In this document: positions 48,301 through 57,137 of the stretch, in pieces
Position numbering within the stretch: the stretch's first letter is position 1
Layout of the letters: each line of letters begins with the position of its first letter
Virus record (IMG/VR): IMGVR_UViG_3300044692_000050
Location: 38,341 to 102,340 of that record
Direction: 5' to 3' (one strand)
DNA: 64,000 nucleotides
DNA from: a virus
Made by a program: the position numbers and the translations under genes
The notes under the pieces: generated by a model
The model's input: only the letters and a program-made list of their open reading frames with translations
Database searches by the model: none
What the model was told of the DNA's origin: nothing

Positions 48301-48932
48301 CTGACGCCGGGACCAGTGCGGTTACGTTCGCCGTCGCCGTCATGGCTCCTGCAGCCGACGCGGGTTCCGGGGCTGACGCCCTCCCGCCTGTTCCTGCGGC
48401 TGTGACCGTTCCTGAGGCCGGGTCCGGGTCTGCCGTGCTCGCCGTCGCCGCTGCGGTCTTCGCAGGCGACCAGGGGGCCGCTGGCGACGCTGAGACGGTC
48501 GCAGCGGCCATCAGCGGCGCTGACACCGGGACTGCCCAGGACCCGGCCAGGGTAGCCGTGGCGGTCACTGAGACGCCGGACACGGGGGCGGGTGCGGACA
48601 GCCTTCGGGTTGCCGTCTCCGTGTCCGGGGCTGAGACAGGCGCGGGTTCTGACGCGCTCACCGCCGTGACTGCTGCGGTGCCGGACGGGGAGGCGGGATC
48701 GAGCACGGCCGTGCTGACCGTCGCCGCTGCTGACACCCTCGCTGAGGCCGCGCACAGTGACGCCGTGCTGCGGCTCACTGCCGTCCTCGCGTCCGCTGAC
48801 AGCGGGACCGGGGACGGGACGCTGCGGGCAGTGAACCGCATCCAGGGACTGTCGGCACGGGTCCGGGTCCGCACCCTCGGCGCGACAGTACGGGTCCGCG
48901 AGCCATCAGCCAGGGTTCTCACTGAAGCCTAG
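45312..48932 (+). CDS. Large Gly-rich and DSGxGxD-repeat virion fibre/adhesin
   Basis: Gly-rich N-domain then dozens of roughly 17-20 aa (D/E)(S/T/A)G(S/A/T)G(S/T/A)D repeats. Confidence 0.8.
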   Translation: MSSQTFSASGTWTAPSDISGSPKVEAWGEGGTGGTSSHGSFSGGGGGGGAYAAETTLGGVSAGTVLTITIGTGGTGTATTVTGGSVTVTANAGGNGSGSSQGAGGSAGSNSVAFAGGAGGHGGGASSSGGGGGGAAGSSGGGGAGSSSLSGGGGGTAGTGGGTGGAGGTSLNAGNAGSAPGGGGGGGGSGGTINHFGGSGAAGQVVITWSTATQISLTESGSGSDSSSVAVAVPFAEAGTGTQGFTVAVAVSGTADSGSGDGTLAAVNVVSYADAGADSDVLQGPAVAVPLAQSGAGSDSVLIASALSVADNGSGSEAIGFLVASVDTGGDTGAGSDTLGIAIVVPDSGTGSDAFSAHVTGTTLIQLTTFTVTAVTDTDPADGIIEITFSPFALAPIPAGSVAVQVVPTIAVQVAFPAETGTGDDSGFSAPVGVSPADSGHGTDLADPGYSATFTAGYDGVGALTVAAAVPEPSSGTGSEALSAAVAVPLAESGAGSDVLPGVGVTLGIDTGTAADSLTVADTPQPVDTGAGSDVLQGPAVGVPLAEAGACADPLAVAAAISGADSGAGSDAFAVTAAPSLPDSGQGADSLVPPAVSVELDEAGTGTDAGPAIGLALADSGSGADTLAVTDSPALADAGTGADALTVAAAASLADTGSAADAVTLQAAVSLAEAGTGTDALTLAVAVPAADAGSGSDAAAIAAALSASDAGSGSDDFSRAVAISQADDGAGDDALTAAPGIPFAEAGSAADLLSVPAVSVFPADAGRGTDLRDPGYTATFGSAYGSEVAFDVAAALGLQDSGSGVDGFTAAGSIALADSGAGSDTAAVTVTLPLAETGAGSEALTLAPSVPLTQPGTGADVLTLAAAVAVQEAASATDVLNVTDAPSLADSGTGTDAGTAAAGVPLPEAGAGAESATLAVAVPFVQASACADAISAAVALTAQDSGSGTDALALAAAVALADSGAGDEQVVIGQSRTWADGGSGADAGSAAAAVPLADAGTSAVTFAVAVMAPAADAGSGADALPPVPAAVTVPEAGSGSAVLAVAAAVFAGDQGAAGDAETVAAAISGADTGTAQDPARVAVAVTETPDTGAGADSLRVAVSVSGAETGAGSDALTAVTAAVPDGEAGSSTAVLTVAAADTLAEAAHSDAVLRLTAVLASADSGTGDGTLRAVNRIQGLSARVRVRTLGATVRVREPSARVLTEA

Positions 48933-49237
48933 GTTGCTACGGATGCAGCCCGGCCGTACATGTCCGGCCGGCGCTCCTCTTCGGTCAGCAACTCGTCGGG
49001 CACCGGATGGTCAGTCCGCGCATGCCACCGTTCATGCGCCCAGGTGAGGTCACCATAACCGGGCTTCTTCTCGGCCACGACCATCGCGAAGCACACAGGG
49101 CAGGAGGCGTAAGCCAGCCAGCCGTCATCGCGGGCACCGAACCCCTCTCCCTTGATGGCGGACAGCATCCAGCCGGCCATGTGAAGCTGGCCGGCATGCT
49201 CGCCGCTCGGGATGCGGAACCACTCGCCCATACTCAT
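48929..49237 (-). CDS. Antisense Zn-finger hypothetical protein
   Basis: CPVCFAMV...AHERWH. Confidence 0.55.
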   Translation of the reverse strand: MSMGEWFRIPSGEHAGQLHMAGWMLSAIKGEGFGARDDGWLAYASCPVCFAMVVAEKKPGYGDLTWAHERWHARTDHPVPDELLTEEERRPDMYGRAASVAT

Positions 49238-49357
49238 CGGGTTAAGCCTCACTCTCGGCCATGTGGCCGTCATAGTTGACGCACCGCAACTCGCTGCGCC
49301 CGTCGTCGGTGATGACGACGTGAAACCGCTCGCTGCCGCAGTGCAGGCACTGGATGC

Positions 49358-49564
49358 TCATGAGGCTTCCCTCCGGTTACGCCGGTCCCGCTCGGCCTCC
49401 CATGCGGCGACCTCGGCCGGGTGGCAGGTCTGCGACTCCGGCCAGAAGCAGCAGTGACCGGGATGCCGGTTGGTGATGTAGGCGAACGAGGTATGACACT
49501 CGCACGGGCCGGGAACCTCGGGCCACTGGTCGAAGAACTCGACCATTTCGTCGGTCTCGGTCAT
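49358..49564 (-). CDS. Antisense Cys/His-rich small protein
   Basis: CECH..HPGHCCF..CH; coupled to neighbours. Confidence 0.5.
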   Translation of the reverse strand: MTETDEMVEFFDQWPEVPGPCECHTSFAYITNRHPGHCCFWPESQTCHPAEVAAWEAERDRRNRREAS

Positions 49565-49812
49565 GATGCCTCCCCTGTCTCGATCGGGCGCGGGATCGCG
49601 AACGCCGCAGCGTCGGCCTTCAGCCATGCCAGCAGTGTCACGAGCCCGTCAGCATCAGGCTTCTGCCCGCCCGCTAGGCGCGTGAGACTGGACGGGCTCA
49701 GGCCGGTCTCTGCCGCCACGACGCGCATCGAGATACCCCGGTGCCGGGCCACCAGCGCGATGGCGTCAGCAAGGGCCCTGACGTTCAGCACCTGCTTTGA
49801 GGTGTCGCTCAT
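49561..49812 (-). CDS. XRE-like HTH regulator
   Basis: RGISMRVVAAETGLSPSSLTRL..GQKPDADG; TAGAAT-N6-ATG. Confidence 0.8.
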   Translation of the reverse strand: MSDTSKQVLNVRALADAIALVARHRGISMRVVAAETGLSPSSLTRLAGGQKPDADGLVTLLAWLKADAAAFAIPRPIETGEAS

Positions 49813-49897
49813 ACGATCATTCTAGCATCGCAACGCTGCGGCGGAAGCGCAACACGCCCGGCTGTCCTCACCGAAGCCTGACAAGGAAAGGACCGCC

Positions 49898-52345
49898 GTG
49901 CCGACCATTCCTCCTGACACCAGGCTCCCCGGGGATAGCGGTCACGTCACCGACCACAACGCGATCAGCGACGTCCTCACCGCGCACGCCACGGCGATCG
50001 CCGCCGTCACCCTCACCCCGACGGCCGTCAAGACGTCCGCGTACACCGCCGCGCCCAGCGACCTCGTGCCGGTCGACACCACCTCGGGCAACGTCACCAT
50101 CACCCTGCCATCCGCCCCGGCCGACAAGACCCTCGTCGCCGTCAAGCAGGTCACCCAGGGCACCGGCAAGACCGCCACCGTCGCATGCGGCGGCACCGAC
50201 GTCTTCAACAAGACAGGCGGCGGGACGTCCCTCACGCTGTCCCTGACCGCACAAGGCGCCATCTTCCAGTACCAGGCATCCGGCGGGATCTGGTTCATCA
50301 CGTCCGACGACCTGCCCCTGTCCCAGCTCGACACGCGGTACACCAGCGTCTACAACGTCAAGAGCCCCCTCTACGGCGCCAAGGGCGACGGCACCACCGA
50401 CGACACCGCCGCCATCCAGGCCGCCATCAACGCGATCACCGGAACCGCGGCCCCCGCGTCGAACACGCGGCTCGCCAAAGGCGTCCTGTATTTTCCAGCC
50501 GGAACCTACAAGGTCACCTCCGACCTGGTGATCCGGTCCGTGCAGGACTTCGTCCTCGTCGGCGACGGGCCCGGACAGGTGCAGATCATGCCGTCCGGGA
50601 CCGGGTTCACCACCGCCGTCCTGCTGATCGACGGCTCCCTTGACGGCATCTTCGGCGGGTTCGCCATCCAGGGCGACGGCACCGAGCAGGTCACCGACGC
50701 CATCCGGCTCGACTGGACCACCGCCGCGTTCCGCTCCACCACCGGCAACACCTTCCGTGACATCCGGATCAAGTCCACCAAGTTCGTGACCGGGATCAGC
50801 CTCGAGTCCAACGCGACCCGGCAGCTTGACGGGACCACGCTGCGGAATGTCGTCGTCTACGGCGGGCAGACCGCCGGATCGTGGTCTTCGTCAGGCAATT
50901 GGCAGAAGGCCGTCGCCTACGGCTCCGGCAGTTTCGGCAACATCTACGACCAGCAGCTTTTGGGTGTGGACACCGGCCAGTGCTATTACGGGCATTACTG
51001 CAACGCGTCAGGGTTCGCGCTGTACGGAGGCCAGTGCCTCGGCAACGCGGTCGACTTCTTCATCATCCCCGCCGCGCAGACCACGATCAGCAACGTCCAG
51101 TCGCAGAACAGCGGCCAGTTCATCGTCCAGACCAGCGCGTTCTCCCCGTACCCGGTGACGGTGAACAGTGCCCTGTTCGTCACCAGCTACCTCGACTCGA
51201 GCAACAACGTCGTGGACATCTACGGCGGCGTGTGGCACATCTCCAATCTTGACGTCTCCAAGACCCAGCGCTCAGGGTCCTACGTCGGCGCCGTCATCAA
51301 CATCCGCGGTGCGGGGGCTAACCGCCCTGGGGTCGTGCTCCTCGACAACGTGTCCTCCAAGAGCGCTGTCGGTTCCGGCATCGCGGTCACCGCGTCCGAA
51401 GCCAGCGTCGTGGCCCGGAACTACAGCCAGTACGACCCGTCGACCGGGAACTACACGGTCACCACGAGCCAGTTCTACAACGGGACATCCTGGATCACGC
51501 CGGGATCCACGACCGCGCCGGACATCCAGTACTTCACCACCGTGGGTACAGCGACGTGGACAAAGCCGTCAGGGGCGGTCACTACTGACGTGATACTCAT
51601 GTCCGGCGGCGCGGGCGGCGGCTCCGGGCGGCGAGGAGCTGCCGGGACCGTCCGGTGCGGTGGCGGCGGCGGCGCCGGCGCGACGCTCGTGCAGCGCAGG
51701 TTCGCGTCCGCTGACCTTGCGTCGTCTGTCACCGTGACCGTCGGGGACGGGGGCGCCGGCGGGGCGGCGGTCACTGCCGACTCCACGAACGGTAACGCCG
51801 GGTCGCTCAGCGGGAGCAGCTCGTTCGGCACGTACCTTGCCGGGCCCCTCAGCACCGGAGGCGCGGGCGGCACAGCCTCTGCCGGGACCGGCGGCAGCGG
51901 GTCGCTCGGCGGTGCGGGCACGGGCGGGGCGGGCGCGAACGCCAGCACCACCGGGGGTGCCGGGGTCAGCGTCAACCCGGGGATCCTAGGGGCAACCGGC
52001 GGCCCGTCTGGGGGCGGCATCACCTCCGGGGACGTTGCCGGGGCCGGGGCGGTCGGTGCATACAGCTACATGGGCGGCACGTCATCCAGCACGTTCGGGG
52101 CGGCCGGGGCGGTCGACTCGACCTCCCCGACGTCGGGCACGTCCTCCGGGGTGAAGGGCACGCCGGGCGGCAGCCCGGGATCTGGCGCGGCGTCCATCAC
52201 GACTGCGGCGCAGGCCGGGGCGAGCGCCTATGCCAACTCCGGTGCGGGGGGTGCCGGGGGCGGCGCGTCGCTGAACGGCAACAACTCCGGCGCGGGCGGT
52301 AAGGGCGGGTCCGGGTTCGTGCTAGTGGTGACATTCTTCCAGTGA
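49898..52345 (+). CDS. Tailspike / pectate-lyase-like beta-helix receptor-binding protein
   Basis: YNVKSPLYGAKGDGTTDDTAAIQAAINA...LYFPAGTYKV; C-terminal Gly-rich domain. Confidence 0.85.
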   Translation: MPTIPPDTRLPGDSGHVTDHNAISDVLTAHATAIAAVTLTPTAVKTSAYTAAPSDLVPVDTTSGNVTITLPSAPADKTLVAVKQVTQGTGKTATVACGGTDVFNKTGGGTSLTLSLTAQGAIFQYQASGGIWFITSDDLPLSQLDTRYTSVYNVKSPLYGAKGDGTTDDTAAIQAAINAITGTAAPASNTRLAKGVLYFPAGTYKVTSDLVIRSVQDFVLVGDGPGQVQIMPSGTGFTTAVLLIDGSLDGIFGGFAIQGDGTEQVTDAIRLDWTTAAFRSTTGNTFRDIRIKSTKFVTGISLESNATRQLDGTTLRNVVVYGGQTAGSWSSSGNWQKAVAYGSGSFGNIYDQQLLGVDTGQCYYGHYCNASGFALYGGQCLGNAVDFFIIPAAQTTISNVQSQNSGQFIVQTSAFSPYPVTVNSALFVTSYLDSSNNVVDIYGGVWHISNLDVSKTQRSGSYVGAVINIRGAGANRPGVVLLDNVSSKSAVGSGIAVTASEASVVARNYSQYDPSTGNYTVTTSQFYNGTSWITPGSTTAPDIQYFTTVGTATWTKPSGAVTTDVILMSGGAGGGSGRRGAAGTVRCGGGGGAGATLVQRRFASADLASSVTVTVGDGGAGGAAVTADSTNGNAGSLSGSSSFGTYLAGPLSTGGAGGTASAGTGGSGSLGGAGTGGAGANASTTGGAGVSVNPGILGATGGPSGGGITSGDVAGAGAVGAYSYMGGTSSSTFGAAGAVDSTSPTSGTSSGVKGTPGGSPGSGAASITTAAQAGASAYANSGAGGAGGGASLNGNNSGAGGKGGSGFVLVVTFFQ

Positions 52346-53605
52346 CATAGGGGAACCCGGCGGGCCAGCCAGCAGGACCCCCAGGATCAGCCATGTCAGC
52401 GTCCCGCCCCGGATGGACGTCAGTGAGGGGAATCCCGCCGCAGCAACGCAGACAAGGGCGAGCACGCCCCCGGCCAGCATCCGTTCCGGCGCGGCCATCC
52501 GGGCACGCAGCGAAACCCACCTGACTGCCACGGCGATCACCGCCACAGCGGCCATGGCCAGGCCGATGACCCCGGCTACGGCGAGGATCTCCAGCCACTG
52601 CGAGTCGTACGCCACCCCGAGCCCCCGCAGCCCGAACCCGCCCCACGGGGACGCGCGGAGCACATCTGCGGCGACCGGACCGAGAGTCCCCCCGCCCGCG
52701 CCGTACCGGCCTGCCGTGTAGGAGCCGGCGGCGGGATGGACCAGGGCGGCCAGCGCCACGCGACCCGGGCCCCAGGCGGGCAGCCACCCGGCACTCCACG
52801 CCAGGACCGCAGTCCCCGCCGCCGCGACGGCCGGAGGCAGGAAGCGCCGCCACGCGTCACGGCCCGCCATGACGGTGACCGCGGCAAGCGGGAGCGCGCC
52901 GAGCAGGAACACCTTCGACACGCACAGGACGCCACCGCAGCACACCAGCGCGCCCGAGATGGCGGTCAGCGACTGCCGCTGGCCCCGTCGCGCGAGGTAG
53001 ACCACGCACAGCAGGGCAAGCCCATACACTAGGCCCGCCTCGGCGGGCTGGTCGAAGATGCCCGTGTACCGGCCGTTCTGCACGGCGCGCAGCGCCACGC
53101 TGGCACGGTCCTCCGGGGAGGCGTCCCAGAACCGGGGCAGCAGGCCGGCGAGGGCCGCGCTTCCCGTCGCGAGCTGGGTTGCCGCCAGAGCGCCCGATAT
53201 TGCCGCACAGGCGGCGATCGTCCGGGTGACGGCGGTGATGAGCCGGGCCACGGGGGTGCGCTGAGCCCAGTACCAGGTGACAACCAGGACCATCGGCGGC
53301 GTCAGCAGCCACCACAGGGCATGCAGCGCGGACTGTGGCCCGTAGAACCCCGGGTCGAACGGGCGCTTCCAGGTGCCGATGAGCGCGACGGCGACGATCC
53401 CCGCCCACGGGATGGCCATGAGCGCCGGGGCGGCTGGCGCGCGGACCAGGACCGGCCAGCCGGCGATGAAGGTGAACGCGGCGCAGGTGAGGACCGCGGC
53501 CTGCCCGGTGGTCATCCCGTGCACGTAGGGGCCGAAAGCGGACGCGGTGACGAGGACCGCGCAGAGCACCGCCCCCCGCCCCCCTGACGGGTAGTCACGA
53601 CTCAT
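52322..53605 (-). CDS. O-antigen ligase/polymerase-like (WaaL/Wzy) membrane protein
   Basis: About 10 TM helices; GRYTGIFDQPAEAG and SPWGGFG...DSQWLEILAVAGVIGL; TAACTT-N7-ATG. Confidence 0.7.
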   Translation of the reverse strand: MSRDYPSGGRGAVLCAVLVTASAFGPYVHGMTTGQAAVLTCAAFTFIAGWPVLVRAPAAPALMAIPWAGIVAVALIGTWKRPFDPGFYGPQSALHALWWLLTPPMVLVVTWYWAQRTPVARLITAVTRTIAACAAISGALAATQLATGSAALAGLLPRFWDASPEDRASVALRAVQNGRYTGIFDQPAEAGLVYGLALLCVVYLARRGQRQSLTAISGALVCCGGVLCVSKVFLLGALPLAAVTVMAGRDAWRRFLPPAVAAAGTAVLAWSAGWLPAWGPGRVALAALVHPAAGSYTAGRYGAGGGTLGPVAADVLRASPWGGFGLRGLGVAYDSQWLEILAVAGVIGLAMAAVAVIAVAVRWVSLRARMAAPERMLAGGVLALVCVAAAGFPSLTSIRGGTLTWLILGVLLAGPPGSPMSLEECHH

Positions 53606-53635
53606 GCACGGAAAGTTACACACCGGAGGGTGCCG

Positions 53636-53995
53636 ATGGCTACCGCCGCGCAGGTCCGGGCTGAAGAAGGCGAGCCAGTCACCATCGAACTGGATCCCGT
53701 ATGGCTCGGGAACCGGGCCTATGACCTGACCGGCGCAACCCTCACCGCGTACGTCAAGCCGGACAAGACGACCCCGGACACCGACCCGTCCGTGACCGTG
53801 ATCACCCAGGCCCCCACTGCGGCGGGCCTGATCACGGTGACCGACGCAGTGCACGGGCTGGCCACGCTCGTCATTAACGGGTCCGTCATCCCTGATGCTG
53901 GCACGTTCTACTGGCGGATAGATGTCACCGACCAGGCGGGGTCTGTCGGAACCATCGCCGCCGGCCCGCTGTACGTCGAGCCGACCGGGCTCTAG
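53636..53995 (+). CDS. BppU-like baseplate upper protein domain
   Basis: YDLTGATL...ITVTDAVHG...GTFYWRIDVT. Confidence 0.65.
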   Translation: MATAAQVRAEEGEPVTIELDPVWLGNRAYDLTGATLTAYVKPDKTTPDTDPSVTVITQAPTAAGLITVTDAVHGLATLVINGSVIPDAGTFYWRIDVTDQAGSVGTIAAGPLYVEPTGL

Positions 53996-54049
53996 GAGGG
54001 AATGCGGTGACGCCGCACCGACAAGGCAGGCAACCTAGGGGGGAAGCTC

Positions 54050-54520
54050 TTGCCGTGGTGGACACAGCTAGCCGCACATCCCGGAATCTCTTACCTGCTC
54101 ACTGAGGGCCCGTCGTCGTCGGCCGACAGCGCGGGCAGCCTCACCGCGCCGATCCTGTCCACGGGGCTCGTCGGCCTGTTCCTCGTCATCCTCGGCTGGC
54201 TGTACTTCCGCGGCTGGCGGCTCATCTCCCCCGCGGCCGAGAAGGAACTCCGCGAGAAGACCCGCGCCGAGGCCAGGGGGGACCTCGAAGCCGAGAACGC
54301 CCGGCTCCGCGAGGACCACCGGCAGGCGGAGGAACGGTGGGAGAACGAACGGCGCCAGCTCGAGCAGCAGCGCGACGAGGCGCTCAGGTTCCTCACCTCG
54401 AGCCTGGTGCCTTTGATCACGAATTTCACGAGCGCGACACAGAACCTCCTGCCGATCCTGCAGAGGCTCGTGACCGACCTCAGCATCGGCGGCAGCCGCA
54501 GATCCAGGCAGGGCCCGTGA
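54050..54520 (+). CDS. Membrane/coiled-coil protein (lysis region)
   Basis: TM helix then coiled coil. Confidence 0.6.
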   Translation: MPWWTQLAAHPGISYLLTEGPSSSADSAGSLTAPILSTGLVGLFLVILGWLYFRGWRLISPAAEKELREKTRAEARGDLEAENARLREDHRQAEERWENERRQLEQQRDEALRFLTSSLVPLITNFTSATQNLLPILQRLVTDLSIGGSRRSRQGP

Positions 54521-54551
54521 GCCCGCGAGCACCAGGAGGGCGGCGAACGCG

Positions 54552-54815
54552 GTGGCATCCGGGTCCGTTGACGGCGACGGCATCACCGAGGAGACGCGCA
54601 TGCTAGCCGCCAGCGTGCGAGCGAAGGCGGCACAGGTGCCCACTGCCGAGCAGATCCGCGAGCTCGCCGGCTACGCGCTCAGCGACACGGCTGACGCGGA
54701 GAAGCGCAGCCGGGTACGCGCCCTGTTCGCTGAGGCCATCGAGACGTCCGGCAGGGTCAACGTCCTGCTGGCGGAACTGGCCGCGCTGCTGGATGACGAC
54801 CCGGGGGGGCCTTGA
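54552..54815 (+). CDS. Hypothetical protein
   Basis: AGGAGG SD; stop codon supplied by the IS right end. Confidence 0.6.
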   Translation: MASGSVDGDGITEETRMLAASVRAKAAQVPTAEQIRELAGYALSDTADAEKRSRVRALFAEAIETSGRVNVLLAELAALLDDDPGGP

Positions 54816-56129
54816 CTACTCTCCATCCCGAAGGGCAGAGATCCCGGACGTCACCGTCCAGGGTTCCTGTTTCGCCGGCAACTGCGTCCGGGTTGCCCCG
54901 GCCCGTCTTACATCGCCTCCGCAGGCAGTAACCGCCAGCCCGGCGGCCAGGATGTTCTTCGCGGCGTTGACGTCCCGGTCATGCCGGGTGCCGCAACCGG
55001 GGCACGTCCAGTGGCGCGTCCCGAGGCTCAGTGAGGCGAGCAGGTGCCCGCACGCGGAGCAGGTCTTGGAAGACGGATACCAGCGATCTATGGCGACGAC
55101 TGTCCGGCCATAGCGCTGAGCCTTGTATTCGAGCATGGACCGGAACTCAGCCCATCCGGTACAAGAGATAGCGCGGGCCACTTTCCGGTTGCGGACCATG
55201 CCGGATACATTCAGGTCTTCGATGGCGATCACGTCGAACCGGCGAACGAGATCTGTGCTGGCTTTGTTTAGATAGTCGCGCCGGGCGTCGGCGACCTGCG
55301 CGTGAGCCCGCGCGACCTTGACCTTGGCTTTCCGCCGGTTGGCCGAGCCTTTCCGGCAACGCGCGAGCCTGCGCTGATAGCGCTTGAGTCGCTGCTGGTG
55401 ACGCTCCCAGTCCTTTGGGTGGGCGATTTTTTCGCCGGTTGACAGGACTGCGAGATCTTTCAGGCCGACGTCCACGCCGACGCTCTCGCCGGTTCCGGGC
55501 AGTGGCTCGGCATCGGCCTCGTCCACCTGGAAGGTCACGAACCAGCGTCCGGCCGCATCGCGAGCAATGGTTACTGTCGTCGGATTCAGCGTGGCTATGT
55601 CGATCTCAAGCCACGTCCACACGAATCGCAGTGGCGCAGTCGCCTTTGCGAGCCAGAGTGCGCCAGACTTCATCCGGAAACCCGCTCGGCTGTAAGTCGC
55701 GGACTGACGGGAGTGCCTGGACTTGAAGCGGGGATAGCGGGAGCGTCCCACAAAGAACGCCTCAAATGCCTTGTGCTGGTGCCGCAACGTCTGCTGGAGA
55801 GGAACCGCGGCGACCTCATTAAGAAACGCCATCTCCGGCTCACGCTTCATGGCGGTCAGCGCGATGTCGGTCGCGGCGTACGACATGCGTTTGCCCTCGG
55901 CCTGATAACGAGCGTGCTGTGCGGCGAGGGTCCGGTTCCAGACCACGCGGACGCAGCCGAACGTGCGGGACAGCATCTGCTGCTGCACCTCGTCGGGATA
56001 TGCCCGGCACCGGTATGCCGACCTCACCTTTACAGGATACCAGTCATGACTGTAAGGAGAGTTGCCATGCTCCGCGCGGCATCAGATTCCCCGACCTTCA
56101 GGCCGGGTCTTTCTCCGGGGGGCTAAGGC
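54812..56129 (-). mobile_element. Non-autonomous IS200/IS605-family (tnpB-only) element
   Basis: Right end ...GGAGAGTAGTCAA (TCAA ends at 54812); left-end AAAG plus hairpin near 56088-56113; candidate TAM TTAT at 56130-56133. Confidence 0.8.
54816..56027 (-). CDS. tnpB: RNA-guided endonuclease TnpB
   Basis: RTFGCVRVVWN; RuvC D (GVDVG), E (IEDL), D (DRDVNAA); Zn finger CSACG...CPGCG. Confidence 0.95.
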   Translation of the reverse strand: MRSAYRCRAYPDEVQQQMLSRTFGCVRVVWNRTLAAQHARYQAEGKRMSYAATDIALTAMKREPEMAFLNEVAAVPLQQTLRHQHKAFEAFFVGRSRYPRFKSRHSRQSATYSRAGFRMKSGALWLAKATAPLRFVWTWLEIDIATLNPTTVTIARDAAGRWFVTFQVDEADAEPLPGTGESVGVDVGLKDLAVLSTGEKIAHPKDWERHQQRLKRYQRRLARCRKGSANRRKAKVKVARAHAQVADARRDYLNKASTDLVRRFDVIAIEDLNVSGMVRNRKVARAISCTGWAEFRSMLEYKAQRYGRTVVAIDRWYPSSKTCSACGHLLASLSLGTRHWTCPGCGTRHDRDVNAAKNILAAGLAVTACGGDVRRAGATRTQLPAKQEPWTVTSGISALRDGE

Positions 56130-56133
56130 ATAA

Positions 56134-56262
56134 ATGGGCAAGGACGAGGAGATCAGGGCGGTCATCGCCGAGCTCGACGGGCTGCTCGCCGGGCTGCGGC
56201 AGAACGTGAGCGCTATCAACGAGATCCTGACGGGCGAGGAACAGGCCGAGGGGGTGGCGTAA
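56134..56262 (+). CDS. Small hypothetical protein
   Basis: MGKDEEIRAVIAELDGLLAGLRQNVSAINEIL...; abuts the next ATG. Confidence 0.55.
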   Translation: MGKDEEIRAVIAELDGLLAGLRQNVSAINEILTGEEQAEGVA

Positions 56263-56745
56263 ATGACCCTGCCGCCGGAACCGCAGGACCGTATCACGAT
56301 CATCCAGGCGGCGACTGAAGCACTCGGCACCGTCTCAGAGAAGCTGGATGCCGTTACCGCGCGCCTGGACGAAGTGCGCAGCGACAGCGAGGCGCGGGAC
56401 GCCGTGCTCGAGCACCGCGGGATCGTCAACCGGCGCCTCATCGTCGTCACCATCGCGTCGCTGCTGCTGGACGTGATCCTCACCGCCGTGATCGCCCTGG
56501 TCGCGCTGCAGGCCCACCACGCCGACCAGCGCGCGTCATCAGCCGCCGCCAGCCAGATGGCCCTGTGCGAGAGCGGGAACGTGGCCAGGAAGCAGCAGAT
56601 CGACCTGTGGAATTTCGTGATCGACCTGTCCAGCAAGTCGAGGCCGCAAACCCCGCAGCAACGCGAGAACGCCGTCAAGTTCGAGAAGTATCTGCACCGG
56701 GTGTTCGCAAGCCGCGATTGCGCGCACCTGGTGAAGCAGAAGTAG
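56263..56745 (+). CDS. Membrane protein (lysis region)
   Basis: Coiled coil, TM, CESGN...RDC. Confidence 0.65.
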   Translation: MTLPPEPQDRITIIQAATEALGTVSEKLDAVTARLDEVRSDSEARDAVLEHRGIVNRRLIVVTIASLLLDVILTAVIALVALQAHHADQRASSAAASQMALCESGNVARKQQIDLWNFVIDLSSKSRPQTPQQRENAVKFEKYLHRVFASRDCAHLVKQK

Positions 56746-56751
56746 CAGGAC

Positions 56752-57096
56752 ATGCACTGGCTGGCGCACTGGCTCGGGCTCGACAACGCCGCAGGTCCCG
56801 TCTACCTGTTTTTCTCGGGCAGCGGCAGCGATCTTGGCCTGTACGCCAGCGCCATCGCGATCGCCTTCCACGCGGTCGCCAGCTACCGGCACAAGAACTG
56901 TCACGTTCACCGATGCCCGCGGCTCGGGCGCTTCCCCGTCGAGGGGACGGCGTGGTCCGTCTGCCGCAGGCACCATCCGAGCGGCGCCCCGACATATGAG
57001 CAGGTGATCGCGGCACACAAGACCGCCCGGCGCGTCCCGGCGGCCGAGCGCACACCAGGAACCGACTGGCGGCCGATCCGCCGCCAGGAGCAGTAA
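56752..57096 (+). CDS. Membrane-anchored Zn-finger protein
   Basis: YLFFSGSGSD, NCHVHRCPRLG...VCRRHHP. Confidence 0.6.
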   Translation: MHWLAHWLGLDNAAGPVYLFFSGSGSDLGLYASAIAIAFHAVASYRHKNCHVHRCPRLGRFPVEGTAWSVCRRHHPSGAPTYEQVIAAHKTARRVPAAERTPGTDWRPIRRQEQ

Positions 57097-57137
57097 CCAG
57101 CAGGAACCGCCCGGATCCCGGGCGGGAGGGGGGACCC

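Noticed and set aside
33085-48922. Very long minus-strand ORFs (33085-35325, 38528-40519, 46658-48922, 46944-48755; also 5563-7068)
   Set aside because: Antisense shadows of high-GC genes; no motifs or start signals
38012-52345. Diversity-generating retroelement acting on tail genes
   Set aside because: No reverse transcriptase and no adenine-specific TR/VR pair seen
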